Below, one piece after another: positions 35,863 through 45,892 of a stretch of DNA of 58,150 nucleotides. Source of the DNA: a virus (taxonomy: Duplodnaviria; Caudoviricetes); the IMG/VR virus record IMGVR_UViG_3300026897_000030, positions 1 to 58,150 of that record, one strand, 5' to 3'. How positions within the stretch are numbered: position 1 is the first letter of the stretch; every line of letters starts with the position of its first letter. Both the position numbers and the translations under genes were made by a program. The notes under the pieces are model-generated. The model was given only the letters and a program-made list of their open reading frames with translations. It ran no database searches and was not told the origin of the DNA.

Positions 35863-36246
35863 ATGAGCGTTGTTTACAACAACACCGTGAAGGATGCCCG
35901 ACTCCAGGTGGTCGCTGATGCGATCGACGCCGGTGCAGGTGCTGGGGTGCTGGTCATTGGCACGAGCGCGCTGAGTGGCGCGACCGGTGTGCTGGCGGAG
36001 ATCCCGCTGGATGACCCGTGCGGTGTCGTGTCCGGGCAAGTCCTCACGCTATCTGGCACCCCGTTGTCCGCGACAGCATCGGGCACTGGCACGGCTGCAA
36101 AAGCCGAGCTGCGCGACAGCGACGACAATGTCATCGTCAGCGGACTGACCGTGGGCACCAGCGGCACTGACATCGTCGTCAACTCGACTTCGATCACGAC
36201 GGGGCAGACAGTACAGATCACGGCCGGCACGATCACGCACGGGTAA
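35863..36246 (+). CDS. Virion structural protein (fibre-associated)
   Basis: A.GTAAKAELRDS....VSGLTVGTSG.DI..NST.I..GQ.V. Confidence 0.65.
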   Translation: MSVVYNNTVKDARLQVVADAIDAGAGAGVLVIGTSALSGATGVLAEIPLDDPCGVVSGQVLTLSGTPLSATASGTGTAAKAELRDSDDNVIVSGLTVGTSGTDIVVNSTSITTGQTVQITAGTITHG

Positions 36247-36280
36247 CCTCACAAGGTAACGTCGCACAGGGTGTAAGAGG

Positions 36281-37060
36281 GTGGGCTTCTATATCGGAGG
36301 CTTTTGGTCTGGGGGCTTCCAGACCACGAACGAGGCGGCTCTGGCGGCTTCTGAAGCCGCGGACACTGCGTCGATCGCGCTCGACATCACCCACGACCTG
36401 GCGCTCGCGGCATCTGAAGCACCTGACGTTGTTGCGATCTCGGTTGAGAGCGACACGGCGGCGGGCGTCCTTGCCGTTACCGAAGCTCCGGACATTGCAG
36501 CCATTGCCGGCGGGATTACCGGGTCGGCGGCGCTTGCGGCCACTGAGGCGCTGGATACGGCCGCCATTACGGCCACCGTAGCCCACGACGCGGCGCTTGC
36601 GGCCACCGAGGCGCCAGACACAGCGGCAGCTGCCGGCGTCGTCGCCCACCTGTTCGAATTGGGTGCATCAGAAGCACCGGACAGCTTAGCCGTTACAGGC
36701 GAAGTGATCACGTCTGGCGCTCTGGCGGCCACCGAGGCGCCGGACACTGCGTTCTTTACGCAAGACATCATTGTGTTCGGCCAGCTGGCGGTGTCCGAGG
36801 CGCCCGACAGCATTGCTGTTGGCGTCGTAGCAACACACGACATGGCGTTGCAGGCGTCGGAAGCGCCGGACACCGCGGCCATGGCCAGCCTGGTGTCGAG
36901 CTTCTGGCTCGGCGACGCGGAAGTCATGGCGGTACCGCAAGAGGTGCGGACAATGCGACTGCAAGCTGAGCTGACGATGATCGTACCCGCTGAGGCCCGC
37001 ACCATGTTCGTGCCGGCCGGCAGCGAAATGGAAGCTGAAGCCCGTCGGAGGGCAGCATGA
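36281..37060 (+). CDS. Virion protein built from about 8 repeats of ~25 aa (LAA[ST]EAPD..A)
   Basis: Visible periodic repeats; GTG start with GAGG. Confidence 0.65.
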   Translation: MGFYIGGFWSGGFQTTNEAALAASEAADTASIALDITHDLALAASEAPDVVAISVESDTAAGVLAVTEAPDIAAIAGGITGSAALAATEALDTAAITATVAHDAALAATEAPDTAAAAGVVAHLFELGASEAPDSLAVTGEVITSGALAATEAPDTAFFTQDIIVFGQLAVSEAPDSIAVGVVATHDMALQASEAPDTAAMASLVSSFWLGDAEVMAVPQEVRTMRLQAELTMIVPAEARTMFVPAGSEMEAEARRRAA

Positions 37061-37344
37061 ACCTTGGCAAATTCACAAAGTCGCCTGACGAGCGGAAACG
37101 CTATGTGATCGAGTACGAGGACTGGCTCGACGCCGGGGAGCAACTCTCGGACGCTACGTTCACGGTTTCTCCGACAGGGGCGCTTGAGATCGACGCGTAT
37201 CTCATCAACGAGGATGGGTTGTCTCTCGCGTTTTTCGCGGCTGGAGGAAACGACGGCGAAACGTACGAGGTGCTAGTGCAGGTTTCGACGACCGGCGGCC
37301 AGATCAAAGAGAACACCGTCCTGTTTGTCGTCCGTGAGTTGTGA
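37057..37344 (+). CDS. Fibre-tail adaptor-like protein
   Basis: FTKSPDERKRY.I.Y.DWL..GE...GG.DGETY.V.V...T.GGQ.KE. Confidence 0.7.
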   Translation: MNLGKFTKSPDERKRYVIEYEDWLDAGEQLSDATFTVSPTGALEIDAYLINEDGLSLAFFAAGGNDGETYEVLVQVSTTGGQIKENTVLFVVREL

Positions 37345-37355
37345 GGGGGTAGGCC

Positions 37356-38177
37356 GTGACGGTGGAAATCAAGCACAAGTTTCAGTCACCAAAGGTCGAC
37401 GCTCTCGACACGACCGAGGTGCGCCCATCGAACTGGAACGACAACCACGATATCTCGATGGCGAGCGACACGGTTCTGGGCCGGGCCAGTGCTGGTGACG
37501 GCGCCGCCGAGGAGATCCCATTCAAGGCGCTTGCCCGCTCGCTTGCGGATGCTGACAGCATTGCGGAGTTCGCCGCGGTGCTCGGCATCCCAATCCCGCG
37601 CACGGGGGACGTGCAGATCTCGTTGAGGAACGACGCCCTGCCGGGCTGGGTGCCCATGAATGATGGCACGATCGGTAGCGCTTCATCCGGCGCCACGACT
37701 CGCGCCAACGCCGACTGCCAACCCCTTTACACCTGGATCTGGGAGAATATCGACAATGCCTATGCACCCGTGACCGGGGGCAAGGGGGTGAGCGCCGCGG
37801 CCGACTGGGCAGCCAACAAGCCCCTGAAGCTGTTGAAGACGCTCGGCCATGTCCTCGGTTTTGCCGGGGCCGGAGCCGGCCTCACATCTCGAGCGCTGGG
37901 GCAAACCGCCGGCGCAGAAAAGCAAAACCTGACAGAAGCCCAATTGCCGCAGCTGACCCTAACCGGGGTGCAAACCAAGGACAGCGTTGTCAAGACTGCG
38001 ACCATCTCGCTAAACCAGCAAGAGGTCGCGGCGGGGCCCAATACCAACCGTGTCACCAACGTGACGTTGAACAAGACCGAAGGGAAAGTTGGAATGGAGG
38101 GCACGTTGGGTGGCTCGAGCGCTGACCTCAGCATCGTGCAGCCCACCGTATTCATGCGGGCGTACATCAAACTGTAA
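37356..38177 (+). CDS. Tail fibre protein with tail-collar-like domain
   Basis: TGDV...PGWVPMNDGTIG...GAEKQNLTEAQLP...SIVQPT.FM.AYIKL. Confidence 0.75.
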   Translation: MTVEIKHKFQSPKVDALDTTEVRPSNWNDNHDISMASDTVLGRASAGDGAAEEIPFKALARSLADADSIAEFAAVLGIPIPRTGDVQISLRNDALPGWVPMNDGTIGSASSGATTRANADCQPLYTWIWENIDNAYAPVTGGKGVSAAADWAANKPLKLLKTLGHVLGFAGAGAGLTSRALGQTAGAEKQNLTEAQLPQLTLTGVQTKDSVVKTATISLNQQEVAAGPNTNRVTNVTLNKTEGKVGMEGTLGGSSADLSIVQPTVFMRAYIKL

Positions 38178-38209
38178 GTTACCTTGAAAAGTAACTGTGG
38201 CGGAAAATT

Positions 38210-39037
38210 ATGACCCTCGAGATCAAGCACCAGAAAGTTTCAGCCGAGGCGGATGGACCAGACGCAGATCTGGTGCAGCCGTCCGACTGGAATGAGCTGC
38301 ACACCATCTCGATGGCCACCCAGCGGCTGATCGGGCGTCAGGCGTCCGGTGCCGGCGCCGCGGAAGAAATTGCGCCGACAGACACTGTCACCATTTCGTG
38401 GGATTGGGGCACAGCCGGCCAGCTCAAGGCGAATGTTATCGACGCCAGCATCACGGATGCGAAGCTGAGAAACAGCGCCGCCCTGTCAGTCATTGGGCGG
38501 TCTGCAAACTCTTCCGGCGCGCCGGCAGACATCGCGGCCGCATCGGACGGTCATGTCCTTCGGCGTAGCGGCACGGCGTTGAGCTTTGGAACGCTTGTGA
38601 CGGCGTCCTATGGGGATGGCACTGTCAGCTACGCCAAGATCGTCACTACGGACATCGCGACCGATGCGAATGTCCGCGCTGCTGCTGCAAGCAAGCTGCT
38701 TCCCGCCGCCGCCATTGAGACAGCTTCAGCCCTTGTGACTTTGACGGAGACCGCTGGCGCGGTTGCGGTCGACTGGGATGCGTTCATTGCAGGCGAGGTT
38801 ACCGTCGATCAGACGACAACCATCAGCAACCCGACCAATGGTCAGCCCGGTACGTTCCGGACGATTACCGTGAAGGGTAACGACGCAACCGATCGCAGCA
38901 TCTTGTTCGGGACCAATTTTGAAGGTGACCTGCCAAGCATCACCGATTGCGACTCGACGACCTGGTACGACCTCTACATCCGCTGCATCACGACGTCGCA
39001 CTTCACCGTGGTCGCACATAAGAGCAACAAGCCATGA
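38210..39037 (+). CDS. Second tail fibre protein (N-terminus paralogous to 37356-38177)
   Basis: MT.EIKH...V.PS.WN..H.ISMA...GR.S...GAAEEI shared. Confidence 0.7.
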   Translation: MTLEIKHQKVSAEADGPDADLVQPSDWNELHTISMATQRLIGRQASGAGAAEEIAPTDTVTISWDWGTAGQLKANVIDASITDAKLRNSAALSVIGRSANSSGAPADIAAASDGHVLRRSGTALSFGTLVTASYGDGTVSYAKIVTTDIATDANVRAAAASKLLPAAAIETASALVTLTETAGAVAVDWDAFIAGEVTVDQTTTISNPTNGQPGTFRTITVKGNDATDRSILFGTNFEGDLPSITDCDSTTWYDLYIRCITTSHFTVVAHKSNKP

Positions 39038-39663
39038 TCATCGTCAGAGAGCATGAGGGCACGATTGCCCGCGTGGACGGCAACCCGGTCATTGTGAGCG
39101 TGGGCGGCCAGCGTAAGGCACCGCTCCAGACAATCCTCGCGCCGAATTGGACCGAGTACGATCGCGCGGCGTTCGGCATCTACATCGCCGAGCCGTTCGT
39201 TGCACCGGAAGGGCAGGTGGCTACCGGACCCGAGTATTTCGTCCGTGACGGCGTTGTCGTCTGGCAGATGTTCGACGTGATGGACCAGCCGCCCCCGAGC
39301 GCGGAAATGATCAACGCAGAGCGGGACCGGCGGGTGGAGTCGGGGTTCTATTTCAATGACGTGCTGTTCCAGTCACGCGTTGAAGATCAGAAGCGGATCA
39401 ATGGCGCCGGGACGCTCGCGGCGATTGCCGTCATGAATGGCGCACAGCCGGGTGAATTCCGCTGGCACGGTGGGGATAACGACTTCGCGTGGATCTCCGC
39501 CGACAACCAGCTGGTGCTTATGGATGCATTCAACGTCATCGAGTTTGGGCAGGCCGCGGCGCGCTGGGAGTCCGCGCACGTCTTTGCTGCGCGTCTTCTG
39601 AAAGACATGGCCGAGCCTCCGCAAGACTACACCAACGATCAGTATTGGCCCAAACATGGTTGA
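39034..39663 (+). CDS. DUF4376-like tail fibre assembly protein
   Basis: INAERDRR..SGF.F..V.FQS...W.SADN..V.MDA...DYT.D.YWP. Confidence 0.7.
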   Translation: MIIVREHEGTIARVDGNPVIVSVGGQRKAPLQTILAPNWTEYDRAAFGIYIAEPFVAPEGQVATGPEYFVRDGVVVWQMFDVMDQPPPSAEMINAERDRRVESGFYFNDVLFQSRVEDQKRINGAGTLAAIAVMNGAQPGEFRWHGGDNDFAWISADNQLVLMDAFNVIEFGQAAARWESAHVFAARLLKDMAEPPQDYTNDQYWPKHG

Positions 39664-40408
39664 CCTGGCACTCCCGGAACTGTGGCTACCGCCAAAGCCG
39701 GCAATCATCAGGCCAGCTCGCGATATCGTGCCAGCGTCTTTCCTGCCGGGGATGTTTCCGGGGGTCGCGTCGTCGATAGTCCCTGTCGAGGTCAACTACA
39801 CTGACACCGCGTTTAGGACTGGCGATGGCACTTGGGACGCTGGGACACGGAGCTTCGGATCCGGGGTAAGTGCCACCAAGCGCGTGATCGTTGCCGCGTT
39901 CTCAGTGGGTAACTCAGGAGCGGTTGCGAGTGTCTCAATTGGGGGCGGTGCTGCTACCCTTTTGGTTGGGTCACTCGTTTCAAATGCTGTCACCCTTTGG
40001 GGGGTGACGCTAAACGCAACGTCGGGTAACGTTACTGTGACCAGGTCGGGCACAATCAACCGTGTCGGCATCATCGTCTGGGAGGTTTTGTATTCAGCGA
40101 GCCTGACACCGCACCATACGGATGATGACCTCAATACCTCGACGGCGTCGCTGAGCCTGTCGCTGAATATCCCATCAAAGGGCGCTGCGCTTGCCGGCTT
40201 CCGGGGAAACAGCGCCTCGAATACGATTTCCTTGTCAGCTGGGCTTACGGCTAGAGTCACACAGAACACCTTCGACAACGCGAACAACGCCTATACTGGT
40301 GGTAACGACGGCAACATGAGCGCCCAGACCGGTAGGACCATCACCGCAACACTGAGCCCGAGCGGCAATATTGGTGGCGCGGCGGCAAGCTGGGCGCCAG
40401 TGTCTTAA
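39656..40408 (+). CDS. Putative fibre/receptor-binding protein
   Basis: LWLPPKPAII N-terminus; Gly/Ser/Thr-rich beta region. Confidence 0.55.
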   Translation: MVDLALPELWLPPKPAIIRPARDIVPASFLPGMFPGVASSIVPVEVNYTDTAFRTGDGTWDAGTRSFGSGVSATKRVIVAAFSVGNSGAVASVSIGGGAATLLVGSLVSNAVTLWGVTLNATSGNVTVTRSGTINRVGIIVWEVLYSASLTPHHTDDDLNTSTASLSLSLNIPSKGAALAGFRGNSASNTISLSAGLTARVTQNTFDNANNAYTGGNDGNMSAQTGRTITATLSPSGNIGGAAASWAPVS

Positions 40409-40511
40409 CGCAAGCTCCGACTGAAAATAAAAATCCAAATGAAACGACGGTGAAACGCTGGCGGAGTAACCCAGCGATGTTACCCGACAAGGTAACCACT
40501 GGTGGTTCATC

Positions 40512-41291
40512 ATGACGCTATCGCCCGAACCGGAATGGATGGCCGAAGCGCGCTCGTATATTGGCGAGCGTGAGATCAAAGGACGTCAGCACAACCCCTT
40601 GATCCTCCGCTGGTGGACGCTGATCCATGCTGGCTTTTCCGACGATGAGACGCCCTGGTGCGCGGCGTTCGTTGGCGGCATCCTCGAAAACCACGGCATC
40701 AAGTCATCCCGCTCCGCGGCGGCGCGCTCCTACCTGACATGGGGGCGGGTGCTCGACCGACCCATTCCGGGCTGTATCGCTGTGCTCGAGCGGGGCCCGC
40801 GCAACGGCCATGTCGGCTTTGTCACTGGTATCACGCGTGACGGCCGCATCGTGCTTATTGGCGGCAACCAAGGCGATGAGGTCAGCGAGGCGCCATTCGA
40901 AATGGGGCGGGTGCTTGGCTGGCGCTGGCCCGAGTCGGTTCCGGTGCCGATGTTTGCGTCGCTGCCTACCGTGGACCCTAACCTGCCAACGTCGCGCCGG
41001 GAGAGCTTCTATGGCGCCGACGACATCATGGGGGATGAGGGCGAGGGCAAACATCCGGCTGATTTCCCGGTGCTCGAGCTGCCGGCCCCGGCCGAGTCAT
41101 CCACGACCACGCGCTTCAAGCACATCACGAATTTCCTCGCGACCGGCGCGGCGACCGGACTTGCTTCGCTCCTGGCCGCTTTCAACCGCATCCCGGTCGA
41201 AGTTGTCATTGCGATCTGCGCCACCGGCCTGATCGTGTTCGCGATCATTTGGTTCACCAGCATGAGGCGCGGATGTCATTCTGGGCGGTAA
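40512..41291 (+). CDS. Endolysin-like TIGR02594 (NlpC/P60-CHAP-like) protein with C-terminal TM helices
   Basis: W...A...IGEREI.G..HNP.I...DDETPWCAAFVG...ARSY..WG...GHVGFV...GGNQ. Confidence 0.8.
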   Translation: MTLSPEPEWMAEARSYIGEREIKGRQHNPLILRWWTLIHAGFSDDETPWCAAFVGGILENHGIKSSRSAAARSYLTWGRVLDRPIPGCIAVLERGPRNGHVGFVTGITRDGRIVLIGGNQGDEVSEAPFEMGRVLGWRWPESVPVPMFASLPTVDPNLPTSRRESFYGADDIMGDEGEGKHPADFPVLELPAPAESSTTTRFKHITNFLATGAATGLASLLAAFNRIPVEVVIAICATGLIVFAIIWFTSMRRGCHSGR

Positions 41292-41617
41292 TGCATCTCT
41301 TCTTTGGGTGGGTGGGGCTTGGCGCAGGCATCAGCATCGCTGCGCTGTGCGTCTACCTGTTCACACCCAACATCAAGCTGCCGTTCATCGAAGTGGATGA
41401 TCGCATTCGCCAGTGGGCGATCATCGTTGCTGCTGTCTCTGGCACTGCAACGCTTATATACGGCAAGGCGTTTGCTGATGGGACTCGGTACGCAGTGAAT
41501 GCGATCGCTGCGCAGAACATGGGGATGGTCGTTGAGGTACAAAAGCAAAAGTCCAAAGTCGATGACTGCGGTGCTCGTGGTCTCACTTGGGACACTGTTA
41601 GCGGCGTGTGCCGGTAA
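41273..41617 (+). CDS. Membrane lysis protein (i-spanin-like)
   Basis: Hydrophobic helices, C-terminal C..RG..WD..SG.C; overlaps the lipoprotein gene. Confidence 0.55.
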   Translation: MSFWAVMHLFFGWVGLGAGISIAALCVYLFTPNIKLPFIEVDDRIRQWAIIVAAVSGTATLIYGKAFADGTRYAVNAIAAQNMGMVVEVQKQKSKVDDCGARGLTWDTVSGVCR

Positions 41618-41918
41618 CGACAAACAGCTCACGACCTTCCAAGGAGGGGCGTGCGAAGCGTTTGAGCGGCCCCCTTTTCAGGTGAAGGGTGCGACGCCGT
41701 ACGACCAGCTGTGGGCGGACAAGGCGACCGAGGCGGGCGTGGCGGGTTGCAAGTGGGAGCGGCCGGCGCCGCGGCCGGTGAACTGGGACGGGACAGTCTA
41801 CGTGGTGGACGGCAAGCTCGTGCCGGTGCTGACCCCAGAGCCGAAGCCTGGGATCGTGGCGCCGCCGAAGAAAGCAAAGAGCCTCTGGCAGCGTGTTCGC
41901 CCTGGTGGTGGGGAGTAA
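41562..41918 (+). CDS. Lipoprotein (o-spanin-like)
   Basis: Signal and lipobox LLAAC; Pro-rich; overlaps the upstream gene. Confidence 0.6.
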   Translation: MTAVLVVSLGTLLAACAGNDKQLTTFQGGACEAFERPPFQVKGATPYDQLWADKATEAGVAGCKWERPAPRPVNWDGTVYVVDGKLVPVLTPEPKPGIVAPPKKAKSLWQRVRPGGGE

Positions 41919-41923
41919 ATCCA

Positions 41924-42208
41924 ATGTCGACCGGGATCTCGCGCGCGGAAGCATCGGAAATTGCCACACAAGCAGCCGAAGAGGCTGTGAATAAGGCGCT
42001 GACCGAGCTCTTCATCAAAATGGGCTACGACATCAAAGACCCAAAAGACGTGAAGCGGCTTCAGGGGGATATGGGCCATCTCAGCCGCTGGCGCCGCGCG
42101 GTTGACACGTTCCAGACCGTAGGCGTCGGAGCACTCGTCACCACCCTCGTGAGCGGCATCCTGGCGGCGTTCTGGATCGGCCTGAAGTCATTGATCGGGA
42201 AGGGGTGA
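41924..42208 (+). CDS. Small membrane protein (holin-like)
   Basis: C-terminal TM helix VGVGALVTTLVSGILAAFWIGL. Confidence 0.55.
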   Translation: MSTGISRAEASEIATQAAEEAVNKALTELFIKMGYDIKDPKDVKRLQGDMGHLSRWRRAVDTFQTVGVGALVTTLVSGILAAFWIGLKSLIGKG

Positions 42209-42209
42209 C

Positions 42210-42407
42210 GTGCCGCCCCGCGACCCATTCAAACTGCCGGGGTACGGGCGATCACCGCTCCTAACCCTGAACGCCCAGCTTGCACGGGCGAAACTGAACC
42301 CCAAGGTAGGGGTCACCCAAGGCGGCTCGAGCCGCAAAGACAGCGGGGCGAAGGTGGCAGCCACCAGAGCCATGTTCAAGCCAAGCAAACAACTGACAGA
42401 GAAGTGA
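42210..42407 (+). CDS. Basic hypothetical protein
   Basis: Tiles the operon. Confidence 0.4.
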   Translation: MPPRDPFKLPGYGRSPLLTLNAQLARAKLNPKVGVTQGGSSRKDSGAKVAATRAMFKPSKQLTEK

Positions 42408-42414
42408 GGACAAT

Positions 42415-42873
42415 ATGAGCGAAACCGAGACCAATAACCAACCGGCCCAGGGTGTGCTTGCTACGAACGCACCTGCACCGGGGACCGCGGTGCCTGTCGC
42501 CAAGCCCGTTCAGCGCCCGGTTGCCAAGCCGGTGGCTGCGGCAGCCAAACCGGCAGCGCCCGGTGCAGCGCCCGTTGCAGCGCCCGTTGCAGCGCCCGGT
42601 GCAGCGAAGCCCACCACCTCGACCGGCGCCGCTCTGCCGCCCGGCTTCGAGGATGCCAAGCCGATCGAGCAGCCTGTCGCCAAGCAAGCCGATCCCGAAG
42701 TGCTGGCTCAGGTGGAGACCCCGGCTGAGACCCCGGCTGAGACCCCGGTCCCGGCTGAGACCCCGCGCATTGTTGTGACGCAAGCCCCGGCAACCGATCG
42801 TGGCCCGCGGCTGTCGAAGGCAACCTTGGCGGAACAGGCAGCCGGCCGCCGCGCGCTCGAACGGCGTCGGTAA
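42415..42873 (+). CDS. Pro/Ala-rich hypothetical protein
   Basis: GAGGA RBS; C-terminal TLAEQAAGRRAL; short CCGGCTGAGACC repeats. Confidence 0.6.
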   Translation: MSETETNNQPAQGVLATNAPAPGTAVPVAKPVQRPVAKPVAAAAKPAAPGAAPVAAPVAAPGAAKPTTSTGAALPPGFEDAKPIEQPVAKQADPEVLAQVETPAETPAETPVPAETPRIVVTQAPATDRGPRLSKATLAEQAAGRRALERRR

Positions 42874-42890
42874 CCTCGCAGGGTAACAAA

Positions 42891-43292
42891 ATGCCGCGTG
42901 CCGGAAAATCGTCGGACATTACACGAGCCCGTAAACGGGCCTGGTACGCGGCAAACCGCGAGCGAGAGCGTGTGCGCAAACAGCGTCGGTACTTTGCTGA
43001 CGTTGAGCAGTCGCGGGAATACCAGCGGATTAAGTGGGTCAAATCGAAGTATGGGATCACGCCCGAAGAAAAAGAGGCAATGCTTGTTGTGCAGGGCGGC
43101 TGTGCCATTTGCAAAAGCACAACCGCCAACTCCACCCGTGGGTGGCACTGCGACCATTGTCATGAAACGGGTAAGCTGAGGGCCATCCTATGCGGGCGCT
43201 GCAACCCACTCCTTGGGTTGGCAAAAGACAGCCCAGAAGTTTTGGAGCAAGCCGCAGCGTATCTTAGGAGTCACGCCAATGACCGCGGTTAG
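42891..43292 (+). CDS. Endonuclease VII-type HNH endonuclease (copy 4)
   Basis: KYGIT...QGGCAIC...WHCDHCHETG.LR.ILC.RCN..LG. Confidence 0.9.
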   Translation: MPRAGKSSDITRARKRAWYAANRERERVRKQRRYFADVEQSREYQRIKWVKSKYGITPEEKEAMLVVQGGCAICKSTTANSTRGWHCDHCHETGKLRAILCGRCNPLLGLAKDSPEVLEQAAAYLRSHANDRG

Positions 43293-45060
43293 ACTCCGAA
43301 CCTTTGGTGGGATGATCCCTGCTGTCGATAGGCACCTGCTGCCGGACACCGCTGCCGTCTACTCCGAAAATGCCTGGCTGTATTCCGGCCGCCTGCGCGG
43401 ATTGCCTCAACCCGAGCTGATCCGCGCATGCACCCCTGGTACCAGCAAGGTCTACCGCATCCCAAACAACTACACCGACGCCGAATATATCGACGACTCG
43501 ATCTGGCTTGAGTTTCCGAACTTCAACACCGACGTCGTCCGCTCCCCAGTCGTTGGGGACACCTTCGATCGCTATTACTGGGCTGGCACAGTCGGCGCAC
43601 CGCGCTACAACACGCGTGCGCGCATCGCCAATGGCGACCCGGAATATCTCCTCGGCATCCCGCTTCCGGGGGCCGTGAGTGTGACCCCGAGCGGTGGGGC
43701 GTCGACCGTAACTGTGTCGCGCTCCTATGCGGTCACGTTCGTCAGCGCCTATGGTGAGGAGGGGCCGGCGCAAGTTTCCGACGCGGTGAACGGAAAGCAG
43801 GACGACACCTGGACGGTCTCACTGCCGGCCGCCGACGCTGACGACATTGGCGGACCCAATCGCAACCTGACCAAGAAACGGATCTACCGCACCGTCACCT
43901 CTGCGTCGGGGCAGGCGACCTATTTCCTTGTGGCTGAAGTCGACATCGCCGACACCAGCTACGCCGACACCGCCACAGACACGGTGGTCACGGCCAATGA
44001 GCAACTCGCGAGCCTGAACTGGACGGCGCCGCCGACTGATCTCGAGGGCTGGATTATGATGCCGAACGGCATCCTTGCCGGCTGGAAAGGCAAGGAGCTT
44101 TGGTTCTCCGAGCCCTATCGCCCGCACGCATGGCCCGCATCCTATGCGCTCGCGGTGGAGTATCCGATCGTCGGGCTGGGCATCATCAACCAGACGCTCG
44201 TGGTCTGCACTAAGGGCTTCCCGATGACGGCGACCGGCTCGACGCCGGGCAACATCACAACGTCGACCCTGACCAGCCTCGAGCCATGCCTGTCGCGGGG
44301 GTCAATCATCTCGTCGCCGGAGGGCGTCTATTACGCATCCCCGAACGGACTGGTTCTTGTTGCCAATGGCGGTGCCGTGAACATTACCCGCCAGCTCGTC
44401 CTGAAAGACGACTGGAACCGGCTGCTGAAAGTGGCGACGCTCCGCGCCGCGCGTCTGGGTGAAGCCTATTATTGCTACGGCAGCGCGCGCTTCGGTGTGT
44501 TTCAGGAAGGCGCGTTTCAGGAAGGGGCGTTTGCTTCGATTGATTTTGCCGGCTCCTACACCGGGGCCCTAATCGACCCCCAGAACGAACGTGTAGCGTT
44601 CAACACGCTCGCGACCGACACCCCAACGACCAACGTCATGAGCGACGCATGGTCGGGTGACATCTACATCATCCGCGACGACAACCTATACCGCATCGAC
44701 CTGGCACAGGCAGAGCCGGTCAGCGAGACCTATGTCTGGCGATCGAAGATCTTCCAGAGCGAGGACAAGAAGAACTTCGTGGCGATGAAGGTCTATTTCG
44801 AGACACTACCGACCACGCCAGAACAGGCTGCCGAGCGCAACAATGATCTCGTGCAGACGCTCGCCGCCGACCAGTACGGACTTGTGCGGGTATACGCCGA
44901 TGGCGTCCTCCGGATGACCCGGGAGCTGCGAACGTCCGGTGAGCTCATGCGACTGCCGTCGGGCTTCAAGGCGGAGTTCTGGCAGCTTGAGTTCGAGTCG
45001 CGGGTGGACATCCTGTCGGTGCAAATGGCGACGTCCGTGAAGGAGTTGTCGCGTGTCTAA
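43279..45060 (+). CDS. Tail nozzle / head stabilization protein (podovirus)
   Basis: F.GM.P....LLP, Y..T.V..YGEEGP, LWFSEPYRPHAWP, C.SRGS, YVWRSK.F, RLPSGFKA. Confidence 0.8.
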   Translation: MTAVRLRTFGGMIPAVDRHLLPDTAAVYSENAWLYSGRLRGLPQPELIRACTPGTSKVYRIPNNYTDAEYIDDSIWLEFPNFNTDVVRSPVVGDTFDRYYWAGTVGAPRYNTRARIANGDPEYLLGIPLPGAVSVTPSGGASTVTVSRSYAVTFVSAYGEEGPAQVSDAVNGKQDDTWTVSLPAADADDIGGPNRNLTKKRIYRTVTSASGQATYFLVAEVDIADTSYADTATDTVVTANEQLASLNWTAPPTDLEGWIMMPNGILAGWKGKELWFSEPYRPHAWPASYALAVEYPIVGLGIINQTLVVCTKGFPMTATGSTPGNITTSTLTSLEPCLSRGSIISSPEGVYYASPNGLVLVANGGAVNITRQLVLKDDWNRLLKVATLRAARLGEAYYCYGSARFGVFQEGAFQEGAFASIDFAGSYTGALIDPQNERVAFNTLATDTPTTNVMSDAWSGDIYIIRDDNLYRIDLAQAEPVSETYVWRSKIFQSEDKKNFVAMKVYFETLPTTPEQAAERNNDLVQTLAADQYGLVRVYADGVLRMTRELRTSGELMRLPSGFKAEFWQLEFESRVDILSVQMATSVKELSRV

Positions 45061-45886
45061 CTACCCGGCGATCGCAGACCCAACGACGGACCCCGCCTCG
45101 CTCCGTGAAGCGGTCATGGCGCTCAAAGAGACGGTTGAGATCCTCACCCGGCAGCGAGGGGCCGGTGCCGCTGCCGCGGTCACCTGGGCTGAGCTTGAAG
45201 CGCTTGGCGGCCCGGTGCTGTTGGACCGCCTTGCTGAGCTTGGCACTTCCATCAGCAACAGCACTGACACAATCACGACCGGTTATCAGGAGGGTGACCA
45301 AGCGCTCCAGGACCAGCTGGATGGGATACAGTTTGCAAGCACCGGCGAGGCGCAGGCTGGCACCAACACGACCAAATACATGAATCCGGCGCTTACTGCG
45401 CTGGCTATTGCAGCTTTTGCTTCGCTGAAACAGTTCGCTCACTACCGTGAGGAACAACCGGATGGCACGAATGGCGGCAACCCGCCCACCGGCACCTCCG
45501 CCTTTAACCTGAGAACCCTCAACACGACTGTCATAGACACCATTGGCGCCAGTCGGTCTGCCAATCAAATCACCCTACCGGCTGGGACATATTTTTGTTT
45601 TGCGATTTCACCGACGTTCAGGACGGGCAGGTGCTTCGCCCGCCTATACAATGTGACCGACGGCGGAACTATTTTGCGCAGCGGTGGGGTCTACAACGTA
45701 CCAGGCACGAATGCAGAAACCGTGCAAAACTTTGTGATCGGTGTCTTCACGATCAACGCAACGAAAACTGTCCAGCTCGAGCAGTTCATCACCAACAACC
45801 CCGGCTCCGGTGTGGCTATGGGCCAAGCGCTAAGCGTTGGTGAGACTGAGATCTACAGCGAGCTCTTCTTCTGGAAGCTGAGCTAA
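45053..45886 (+). CDS. Tail needle/fibre-like virion protein
   Basis: N-terminal coiled coil ALKETVEILT, FASTGEAQAGT fibre motif, beta-rich tip. Confidence 0.6.
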   Translation: MSNYPAIADPTTDPASLREAVMALKETVEILTRQRGAGAAAAVTWAELEALGGPVLLDRLAELGTSISNSTDTITTGYQEGDQALQDQLDGIQFASTGEAQAGTNTTKYMNPALTALAIAAFASLKQFAHYREEQPDGTNGGNPPTGTSAFNLRTLNTTVIDTIGASRSANQITLPAGTYFCFAISPTFRTGRCFARLYNVTDGGTILRSGGVYNVPGTNAETVQNFVIGVFTINATKTVQLEQFITNNPGSGVAMGQALSVGETEIYSELFFWKLS

Positions 45887-45892
45887 AGCCGC

